Origin: Macrostomum hystrix
Lineage: Eukaryota; Animalia; Platyhelminthes
Reading direction: 5' to 3'
DNA: 64,000 nucleotides
Assembly (NCBI GenBank): GCA_950097015.1
Contig: CATNEN010000001.1
Location: forward strand, 24,924,001-24,988,000
Shown: positions 51,137 to 61,100 of the stretch, piece by piece
How positions within the stretch are numbered: the stretch's first letter is position 1
Layout of the letters: every line of letters starts with the position of its first letter
Notes under the pieces: model-generated
The model's input: only the letters and a program-made list of their open reading frames with translations
What the model was told of the DNA's origin: nothing
The model's database searches: none
Made by a program: the position numbers and the translations under genes

Positions 51137-54100
51137 ATGCCGAGTGACCCTCATCCTGTCATCGTTTGGACTCTGTGGTGGCTTCTCCTAACGTCAGCTT
51201 GCGTTTCGGCCTGCGACCTTGGACCGACGCTTAAACTGGCAAAAACTGTTGGCTGTCCAGCCAGCATCACGACGGACTCATCGCAGCAGTCGGTTGAGCA
51301 GCTCAGCAGGCAGCAGTGCGCCATGCTGTGCGCCAGGCAGCCCTGGTGCGCGGCCCTCACCTCACCTGACAGCGGCGGCTCGGGCACCTGCCGCCTGTTC
51401 ACTGCAGAGACGGTCCTGCTGGCCTGGAATGCGTCCTGCGCATCCGTTTCCAAAACATACGCCATCGCCATGGCCTCCAACGAGAGACTGACGGCCTTTG
51501 AGACAGGTGAGTGCTTGCTCCTGCTGCGTCAATTCGGGCAGCAATCTGAAACTCTTTCATCCTCGATCAACAGAGTACCTGGCCGCGCGAAACGTGTCCC
51601 GCAAGCGGCTCTACATTCCCTACAACTCGGCGAAGATCCTCGCTGCCTGGGCGCACCCGCAGCCACAGGCGGCGTCGCTCATTGGCTGCGTTGCCAAATG
51701 CACTGGAGTGCCAGCCTGTCGAGGGGTTCTGCACAACTCCAGCAACTGCTCCCTGCTCACCGACCACCCGCTGTGCCGCTGGTTCCAGCAGCCTCCGAAT
51801 GCCTCTCAGCTGGATGTCTATGTGGGTACATCGTTGAAATTAAGCTTTTCAAGTGGTTTATATTTTTCAGAGAAAGCAACTGACAAGAATCTTACTTGCT
51901 TTAAAGACACCTTGTGTGGTGACGTGGCTCTGTTTGCGGCTGGCTAAGGCAGGTGTGTTGTGCACCTGCCCGGCACGTATCCAATTTTGGAATGTACGTG
52001 TGTTGATGTACGTGCTTTTAAACCTTCTATCCAATGTGCATGCGTGGAGTCTGCTATCGATTTTATAAATAAAATAAAATATAAAAGTCGCTGTGTCATC
52101 GCGTTTGGTAGTAGAGTTCGTTCTACAATCTTAAGTGAAGTCTTTACAGTGGCGACGAGAAATGAGCCTAGTTGGCTCTATTGAACCCTTTGAAGAGGGG
52201 ACAGAAAAATGGCAGCAGTACCAGAAAAGACTGGAGCAGTTTTTCGAGGCCAATGACATCAAAGATGAGAAAAAGCGCGCCGTTCTCCTCAGTGTCTGCG
52301 GCAAGAAGACTTACCAGCTAATAGCCAGCCTGCTAGCTCCTGGTACTCCGGCTGCAAGCAGCTATGCAGACATCTGCGAAACGCTGAAGAATCACTTCGA
52401 CCCCGAGCCACCCGAGATCGTTCTGCGCTTCCGTTTCTACACCCGAAGTCGCCGTGCCGGCGAGTCAATTGCTGACTTCCTCGCCGACCTTCGCAGACTG
52501 GCCAGGGACTGCAACTTTGGCAGCAGCCTGGACAGCATGCTCAGGGACAGGTTCGTGCTTGGCATCAACGACGACAACATCCAGCGGAGGCTGCTGTCAG
52601 AGCGGAAGCTTACGCTCGACACCGCACTGTCTCGAGCCCAGGCCGAAGCTTCAGCAGCCGAAGGGAACCTGATGGTGACCAAATCTTCGGCCAGCCAGGA
52701 GGCCTTCCAAATCGCCAAGCAGCCGGTCGCTAAGCGCTGTTTTCGGTGTCTCTCGCAGCGGCACGCGGCTGCCAAGTGCCCCTTCGTTGACAAAAAATGC
52801 TTCAATTGCTCGAAGCTGGGCCACGCGGCTGCTGCCTGCAAGTCGCCGGCTGCCACAAATCGTCGGGGCGATCAGGCCGTCAGGGAGGTCGAGCTGGAAG
52901 AGGAAGAGACACATTCACTGCACGTAATGGCTGAACGACGGAGAGGGAAGATTCCGCCGATCGAGACAACGGTGCTTATCGATGGCACGCCGGTGCGCAT
53001 GGAGATTGACACCGGCGCGTCGGTCTCACTCATTTCGTCGGACACCTTCCGCTCAGAGCTGCGAGGACGGCCCAAGCTTGAGCCCGCCAACGCCCACCTG
53101 CGCACGTATTCAGGAGAGCCTGTTCCGCTGCTCGGCAGAATCATCGTCCAAGTGCGGGCGGCTGGAGCGGCCAAGGAGCTTCCACTGCTTGTCGTCAACG
53201 GCTCAGGTTCGAACCTGATCGGCCGCGACTGGCTTGCTGACCTGCCTCTGGACTGGCGCAGCATCAAGCAGGTGACCAAGGACGGCGAGCACCCGAGAAT
53301 CCGCGCCCTGCTTGACCAGTACGCCGATGTTTTTGAGCCCGGACTCGGTAAGTGCAATGGGCCACCTGTACGGCTGCACTTGAAAGACAGAGCCCGGCCT
53401 CGATTTTTCAAAGCGCGCACCGTTCCCTTTGCTCTCAAAGCCAAGGTGGAGGCCCAGCTCGACAAAGAAATCGAGCAGGGCGTGCTCGTTCCCGTGAACA
53501 GCTCGGACTACGCATCGCCGATCGTGCCTGTCCTCAAGTCCGACGGCTCGGTGCGCATCTGTGCGGACTTTAAGCAGACGGTCAACATCAACATCGAGCC
53601 TGACAAGTACCCGCTGCCACGCATTGACGAGCTTTTTGCCAAGCTGGCCGGCGGCCAAAAGTTCACCAAGCTCGACTTGTCGCAGGCCTATTCCCAGATG
53701 CCGCTTGACGAAGCAGCCCAGCAACTCTGCACCATCAACACCTCTAAGGGCCTGCTTCGGTATACCCGGCTGCCGTTCGGCGTCGCTCCAGCTGTCGGCA
53801 TCTTCCAGCGGTACATGGACAGCCTGCTGCACTCCATCCCGCATTTCGCCTGCTTCATTGATGATCTGATCATTACTGGTGCTGACGACGGAAGCCATTT
53901 ACGCTCCCTAGAGCTGGTGCTGCAGCGACTGCAACAGAGCGGTCTGCGCTGCGGCCTCGGCAAGTGCAACTTCATGCAGGAGAGCGTCTGCTACCTAGGC
54001 CACAGGATCGACGCCGCAGGCCTCCATCCGCTTCAGGACAAGGTGCGCGCGATCGTGGACGCTCCACCACCGCGGAATGTGACGCAGCTCCGCAGCTTCC

Positions 54101-57100
54101 TTGGCATGGTCAACTATTATGGCAAGTTCATGCCGAACTTATCTGCCGAGCTGGCATCGCTGCACCGCCTACTAGACCAGGGCGCCGAGTGGCGTTGGGG
54201 TGCCCCGCAAGACGCCGCGTTCAACAAGTTCAAGAAGCTCCTCAGTAAGGCGCCGGTCCTGGTGCATTTTGACGACAGCAAGCCATTGGTCCTGGAGTGC
54301 GACGCCTCGCCGTACGGCATCGGCGCTGTCATCAGCCACCGGATTAACGGCATCGACCAGCCGATCGCTTTCGCTTCACGCTCGTTGCACGACGCCGAGA
54401 CAAGGTATTCCCAGTTGGACAAGGAAGCCCTAGCAATAATCTTCGGCGTAAAACGCTTTCACTCGTACCTGTACGGCCGGAAATTCACACTCATCAGCGA
54501 CCACAAGCCGCTGCTGGGGCTGCTGCATGAAGGCAAGCCGATTCCTGCGATGGCATCAGGCAGGATCCAGCGGTGGGCGCTTCTCCTGTCCGCCTACAGT
54601 TACACGATGGAGCACCGGTCCGGCCGATCGCTGCTGCGAGCGGACGCGCTGAGCCGGCTGCCGCTTCCCGAAAGACCGCGGGACGCACCAGTACCAGCAG
54701 ACGTGGTTCTCGTCATGGACATGCTGGACGAAGGACCGGTCACAGCCGGAGACATTCGAGTCTGGACCCGGAAGGACCTGGTCCTTTCCAGAGCGCTGCA
54801 CTTCACCGAATGCGGCTGCTGGCCGGAGCAGACGAGCCCAGAACTGCAGCCGTATCGATCCCGACGCGACCAGCTCAGCGTGCAGGACGGCTGTCTGCTC
54901 TGGGGCACTCGAGTCGTGGTGCCGCACGCCGGCCGGTCTGCGCTGCTACAGTGTCTGCACCAAGGACACCAGGGTGCGTCCAGAATGAAGGCGCTCGCTC
55001 GAAGTTTCTTTTGGTGGCCCAAGTTGGATGAGGCGATCGAGCAGCTTGCCAGTGACTGCGCGGACTGTCGAGAGCTGCAGAAGTCACCGGCACCGGTTCC
55101 GCTGCACCCATGGGCGTGGCCGGACAGGCCGTGGTCGCGCCTCCATATTGATTTTGCAGGCCCAGTCGAGGGCAAGATGCTGCTGGTGGTAGTCGATGCC
55201 CACTCCAAGTGGATGGACGTGCATGTCATGACGTCCACAACTTCGGCGGCGACCATCCAGAGGCTGCGGGAGAGCTTCTGCACTCATGGGCTGCCAGACA
55301 TCATCGTGACGGACAACGGCCCCAACCTGGTCAGCGAGGAGATGGAGAAGTTCCTGCAGCAGAACGGCATCCGGCACGTGCGGACCGCGCCCTACCACCC
55401 GGCGTCCAAACGCTAAAGAAGTCGCTGGCGAAGCAGAAGAGCGGCTCGCTGGAGGGCCGGGTGGCGCGCTTCCTACTGACCTACCGCGTGACGCCTCACG
55501 CCACGACTGGCGCCCCGCCGTGTGAACTGCTGATGGGAAGGCGGCTGCGGTCCCTACTCGATCGAGTGCGGCCGGATCTTCCAGCGAGGGTGGCTCTCCA
55601 GCAAGCGATACAGAAACAGAAACACGACGCCAACGCCCGTGATCGCCACATCGAGGTAGGCGATGCTGTGGTGGCGAGAGATTTCGCGGCCGATGGCAGA
55701 TGGAAGCCGGCAGTGGTGACTGCCAGCTCCGGAGCGGCGTCTTTCTCGTGCCAGTTCGACGACGGCCGGCAGGCTCAGCGCCACATCGATCAGCCGCGCA
55801 AGCCGCTGTCAACCGCGCCAGCCGCTGCGGCCCAGGAGTCGGAAGCCGAAGCCGAGGAAGGCGGCAGCGGAAACCCAGACATCGGCTGCGGCAGCTGCGG
55901 TCGCCAGCGACACCGCAGACACGGGCGACCCGGTGCCGATTCGACGGTCAACCAGGCAGCGAGCTACACCGGACAGACTGAGCTATTTTTGACCGACTGA
56001 CTGAGTTGTTACTTTTGCCATGACTTTTGCTTTCCTTGATAAATTACCTTGCTTGCCATCTCCCCCCGGTTCCTGTTTTGGTGGGGAGGGATGTGGTGAC
56101 GTGGCTCTGTTTGCGGCTGGCTAAGGCAGGTGTGTTGTGCACCTGCCCGGCACGTATCCAATTTTTGAATGTACGTGTGTTGATGTACGTGCTTTTAAAC
56201 CTTCTTTCCAATGTGCATGCGTGGAGTCTGCTATCGATTTTATAAATAAAATAAAATATAAAAGTCGCTGTGTCATCGCGTTTGGTAGTAGAGTTCGTTC
56301 TACAATCTTAAGTGAAGTCTTTACACCTTGCATCATATTCTGAACGTGCCCACAGGAATTTTATACCGTGAAAAGCAGTCAGTGCTTCGAGACTGTCAAC
56401 CTGCGTGTTTCCGATGGCCTAGACTTCGACTGGACTTGGGCGGATTACAAAACTGGCTTCGGTACATATCACAGCAACTACTTCGTTGGTAAGGATTGCA
56501 GCTCGACTGTCTAAGTTTAGTTGAAATTTTCTACAACCGTGCCCACCAAAATTCTAGGATCCATTTTTACTATAAATTTTCTAAAGCGTGCGAGCTCTAA
56601 TAGCCAATCAAAGCGGCCTGAAAATCACAGACGATCGTGAACCTCAGTTTGGAAAAATCTGATTCTTAGAAAAGAGCTTCTTTCCTGCCACAATTTCAAT
56701 TTTTGTCGTGTTCTTTAAATCAACATAAAGCTATATTTAACTAACTAGAAAAAAGTATCTACCTTCATTGTCTACAGGCCTGGAGTGGCTGCACAGCCGA
56801 ACCAGCGCTCAGCCCAGCAACAACAGGTTCCGAGTGGATCTGCTGTACTGGGATGAGACCTACATCTACGCCTACTACCTGAACATACTCATTCTGGCTG
56901 AGAGTACCAACTACACTGTCTCTGCTGCCACCTTCTCACCGGGCGGAGGTCTCAGAAACTGCCTATTCGCTGGCATGAACACACAGTTTGTGACTCGCGA
57001 TCGTGGATGGAGCAACTGCGCGACAAACTGCGCCATCGCACACCTGCCGCACTGGCACAAGTGCTGCCACTGCTCGGGACCCTTTGGAAAGTACTTCAAC

Positions 57101-57232
57101 TACCCGACTGCGCTGAATGTGCCCGCTGCTGACAGGGCCAAGGGCATTGTCTGGGCGCCGAACGCGCCCGGCAACATAACAGACGGCTTTTATTACAGCT
57201 TCATGCAGCTTGAGATTCTCATGCTCAGCTGA
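51137..57232 (+). CDS. Secreted PAN-PAN-FReD protein, copy E. Exons 51137-51506, 51574-51821, 56356-56488, 56778-57232; intron 2 contains a Gypsy element
   Basis: Signal peptide MPSDPHPVIVWTLWWLLLTSACVSA. Same exon structure as copies A and D, with the frame intact. AATAAA follows the stop. Confidence 0.82.
51915..56325 (+). mobile_element. Full-length Ty3/Gypsy LTR retrotransposon (probably Mag-like)
   Basis: 234-bp TG...CA LTRs at 51915-52148 and 56092-56325. 5-bp TSD CCTTG at 51910-51914 and 56326-56330. PBS-like TGGCGACGAG after the 5' LTR. Polypurine tract ggtggggaggga before the 3' LTR. Confidence 0.96.
52162..55416 (+). CDS. Gag-Pol polyprotein of the Gypsy element, frameshifted within integrase (continuation in ORF 55209-56000)
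   Basis: Two CCHC knuckles, protease IDTGA, RT FIDD, RNase H CDASPYG...DHKPL, integrase HHCC, IDFAGP and TDNG, in Gypsy order PR-RT-RH-IN. Confidence 0.95.
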   Translation: MSLVGSIEPFEEGTEKWQQYQKRLEQFFEANDIKDEKKRAVLLSVCGKKTYQLIASLLAPGTPAASSYADICETLKNHFDPEPPEIVLRFRFYTRSRRAGESIADFLADLRRLARDCNFGSSLDSMLRDRFVLGINDDNIQRRLLSERKLTLDTALSRAQAEASAAEGNLMVTKSSASQEAFQIAKQPVAKRCFRCLSQRHAAAKCPFVDKKCFNCSKLGHAAAACKSPAATNRRGDQAVREVELEEEETHSLHVMAERRRGKIPPIETTVLIDGTPVRMEIDTGASVSLISSDTFRSELRGRPKLEPANAHLRTYSGEPVPLLGRIIVQVRAAGAAKELPLLVVNGSGSNLIGRDWLADLPLDWRSIKQVTKDGEHPRIRALLDQYADVFEPGLGKCNGPPVRLHLKDRARPRFFKARTVPFALKAKVEAQLDKEIEQGVLVPVNSSDYASPIVPVLKSDGSVRICADFKQTVNINIEPDKYPLPRIDELFAKLAGGQKFTKLDLSQAYSQMPLDEAAQQLCTINTSKGLLRYTRLPFGVAPAVGIFQRYMDSLLHSIPHFACFIDDLIITGADDGSHLRSLELVLQRLQQSGLRCGLGKCNFMQESVCYLGHRIDAAGLHPLQDKVRAIVDAPPPRNVTQLRSFLGMVNYYGKFMPNLSAELASLHRLLDQGAEWRWGAPQDAAFNKFKKLLSKAPVLVHFDDSKPLVLECDASPYGIGAVISHRINGIDQPIAFASRSLHDAETRYSQLDKEALAIIFGVKRFHSYLYGRKFTLISDHKPLLGLLHEGKPIPAMASGRIQRWALLLSAYSYTMEHRSGRSLLRADALSRLPLPERPRDAPVPADVVLVMDMLDEGPVTAGDIRVWTRKDLVLSRALHFTECGCWPEQTSPELQPYRSRRDQLSVQDGCLLWGTRVVVPHAGRSALLQCLHQGHQGASRMKALARSFFWWPKLDEAIEQLASDCADCRELQKSPAPVPLHPWAWPDRPWSRLHIDFAGPVEGKMLLVVVDAHSKWMDVHVMTSTTSAATIQRLRESFCTHGLPDIIVTDNGPNLVSEEMEKFLQQNGIRHVRTAPYHPASKR

Positions 57233-58175
57233 GTTTTGTATCATATCAATAAATAAAACTATAATCTTTCGTTCTCGCACTCTGAAATCATGCATATGCG
57301 ACCCGTCTAAGTAAAAATGTTATGTTTCGATCGTGATAAACGTCAGTTGATGTTAAAAGCGAACGTGCGAGTCTTTTGTCTTTCCGAGCTAAACAAAAAA
57401 CTGATCGTATGAGTCATACTTATAATCTTTATTACTGTACTTAGCTGCAGTTATTCGCATTTTTAGCATTGGCCACAATACCTGCCTTTAGTCTTCGTAC
57501 TTTTGAAACGTGACTCAGCACCTCGAACGATAAGTCGGCAAATCCTAAACCTATAGAGCTCCCCAACGAAACAAAATTATGCCGTACAAAAGACTATTAT
57601 TAGACTAGTTGTTCTTTGCTGCTAGTTTAAAAGCCGAAATTGTAAAAAAATGAGTTATATATTTGTTGCATTTAGCATTTAAGACTATCAGATTATTGAG
57701 GTATTATTTTGTTCGTGCACAGGAATTTCTAGTCACAGAGGGTTTAATGAATTTTATCACAGCAAATTTCCTAATAGGTTATCATTTAGCAAGGTTATTT
57801 TGTCGATTGACAGCAATTACGTTTTAAATTACAAGAAACTAAAAAGCCGTTGCATATCGATGTTAAACAATTTTTTAAGTAATAATGATTTTATATATGT
57901 TTTAGACATTGTTATTGCCATAAAAGTAAATAAATATATACTGGAATTTAGCTTGAATCAATAGTTTTACTAGATAAGTTATTAATAATAAATGAGTCGA
58001 CAACTTTTTAACATAATAATTTTTGTTTAATTTGTTTTTTGTTATATTTATTGATCTGTCCTGTTAAAACGCCAACAGTTACAACCTTTAGTGACATACT
58101 TCTTTTTTTAAACGTTAAGCGCTTTAATAAGCGTTAAAAATCTGTTTGAAGACTGCATTTATAGAATACAGAGCT

Positions 58176-61100
58176 ATGGAGGAAAACAATCAAATAGTTC
58201 AAAGTAAATCTTTAGAGCCTGAGTCAACAGAATTTTTAGCCCTTTATCAGCAGTTATGTTTGAAAAATGACATGAAGCCGAACGATCATATTCTTCTTGC
58301 AATAAAAAGGTATTTTCAAATAAAATTTTTGATTTTATAATACATTTCACATAACACCATTTTACTTCTTGCTCGGTTGGACGTGAGTAGATTCATGAAT
58401 GAATTAGTTTAATGAATTAGATTTGTATTCACTTACTTCAGCGTTTAATAAACATATTTTTGTCCTTTAATGAGTTTTTGGATACAAAAAAATTATTTTG
58501 GTAATGTTTAGTAGTTACTTTACATCAGAATGCTTACATCGTAGTTTTTTTTAATAAAAGGTAAAATATATGTATTACTTCTCACTTAAAACCACTAAGT
58601 TTTATATCAATAGTGTTTTTGTTTGCAGGAATTAAATTAAAAATATTATAAGATTTTATTACAAAAGTCTGTCACCATATTAGCAATGCAAATGCATCAA
58701 TGGCTTACTATTTGAAAAAAACCACACAGAGCGCCAGTTTCCACCAGCACAGAAGGGCTGGTGTTAAATCTCACCAATGCCTCGGTAAGTGCTGAAGCAG
58801 CCAGCATTCTGGGCGAATGTCTCAGCGTTGACTCCTGCTTTGACGAGGTCAGCCTAGCAGACTGTCAGCTTTCCGAGGAGGGTAAGCCGCTTTCATGTCA
58901 GGTTGATGAATTTGATTTTGATTTGGAATCAGTGCAATTCTGCGAACTCAAACCCGATAGCCGTGCGGGCAATTATCGGCGGCCTGCGAACAAACGCTTT
59001 CTGTCGTCGACTCGACCTCAAAGGCAACGGCATCCGCGGCAGGACAGTGGAACTGCTTGGCGCCTACCTGGAGCACAATGAGTCCCTCAAATGGTGAGTG
59101 AAGAGCTGTCTATAACTGTCTTTTAACCAGGCTGTCTTTCTACTGTTCAAATTTCAAATGCCCGCTGCCTACTTCACGACGGCTCCCAAAACTAATGACC
59201 GATGTTCGTGAAAGTCCACCATCTGAAAACATTTCCGCCCTATACGATGAACCAGCTTTCGAAGCCGTCCGAGTGAGTATTGTCGAGATATTCAGCGATT
59301 CTTGTCAAAGACCCTGGTGACAAGGACAAGTGACATTGCGCTGCATAAACATCTATGGCGAATCCATTGGTTCAAAGAGGAGAAAATTAACAAACTAATT
59401 AATCCAAAATTATTGAGCAATAATAGCCGACATAGTTACACGATGTAATTTTGTGAGCAGAAACATTATGCTTTTAAATATTGATGTTTTTGCCTCCAAA
59501 CACCACGACGAGAATCGTTGAATATCTCGACGATGCCGATGCTTCGTGATTCTGGAGTTAGTTTAATCGGATAGAGCGGTAAATGTTAGGCCATGATATA
59601 GATTTTCATATAAGTCGAATATTTTGGAAGCCTGACCCATTTGGCAGCCTGGTGCTCGAGTGGAACCAGCTTGGCATGCTGGAGAAATCCTTCGCTGTCT
59701 TCTGCGACGGCCTGGCCAAGAACTCCAGCCTGGAGATTCTGGACCTTCGCAACAATCAGCTGAACCACGACTGCGCAGCTGAGCTGGCCAAGGTGCTTCG
59801 CTGCAACACCTGCCTCACTGTGGTCGGTGAGTATCAGGTTAAGGACTAAGGTTTGTGAAATGACAGTATATCAATAGATTCAGTCATCACATCTCCGCCC
59901 AGACCTTCGCTGGAACTCCATCGGTCTGCTGGGTGCTCGCGAGCTCCTCAGCGGCATGACAAAGAACCGCACGCTGGCTCGAATCGATCTGACGGGCAAC
60001 AATGTGCCCCAGGATCTGACCCGGGCCATTGATATGGCCGCCGGGCACAACGAGGAGGTCGCCAGATCTTCGTCGAGTAACGCTCAGCGAGCTGTGATGC
60101 TGTCCGAGCAGATGAACGTTCGGGATCAGGAGCGAAAACGAGAAGTAAGCGCGGCTAATCAATACAAATATGTACAGCTTCGATTGTTTTGTCTCATTGT
60201 TGTGGTAGTCTTAGACGTACATAAGTTAGAAGCACTCTCCATTGTTTGCCTGACAAAGTGGCCTTGACCCTTGAAAAGATTAGATGCAAGGCATGGACGA
60301 CGAGCTTTGCACGGTGTTTTCATGTGCCGTGAATTCCGGATTCGCGCAACGTGCTTGCGTCCAAGAGTTAGGCATAAATATTCCTAGTTGACAACCGTAC
60401 TCAAGGCTACTCATTTCTTAGTCTAACTCATATTAGATGACGAAAAAATACACCAACTGAAGCTTATTTTCTATCCATGGAGGTAAGGCAGGCATTTACT
60501 TTTCATTTCGATACATTTTTGGGAAAGGCAATGCGCCAATATTGGCAATGTTATTTTGTATTAAAATTAACTAAATTATTTTTAACTATAATTTAATTAA
60601 ATAGAAAACAAGTATACCAAAGACGATTTAAAAGTCCGTGGTCCAAAAATCGAGACACTTATAACTGAAAAAACAAATTATAGGTTCAAGCTATCTAGAA
60701 AAACAAATTTGCAGGGCTGCGGGCCATCATTGGTGACACTAGACCCGCAGCTAGCAAGGACGCAATTCTGTCCATTCCACTGACTCCTGAGCACACATGC
60801 ACACATTAACGTACGCAGGCACACGCTCACACAGGTGTGTACATCTGCCCTGACTTTCTCATCGTCAGGCAGTGTACACTCTTACTGTGCCTTGGAGGTT
60901 GGCCCACAAGGGCGTAAATTGCACGACAAGCCCCCAAGCCTTCTCTCCGCGGCTTTGAGGCCTCGCCGCGGAATCGAGCTCACTTACAAGTTACGTACTT
61001 ATATTAAAAACTGGCCTTTAAGTCTAAGTTCCTTGAGTCCATCGCTAAGTGATTGAGTTGGGACTTGGGAGTACTGTCGTGCTAACCTACAATTTAGCAT

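Noticed and set aside
52437-55812. Many overlapping antisense and alternate-frame ORFs in the Gypsy element and in GC-rich exons
   Set aside because: These are expected shadow ORFs of GC-rich coding sequence and show no independent motifs.
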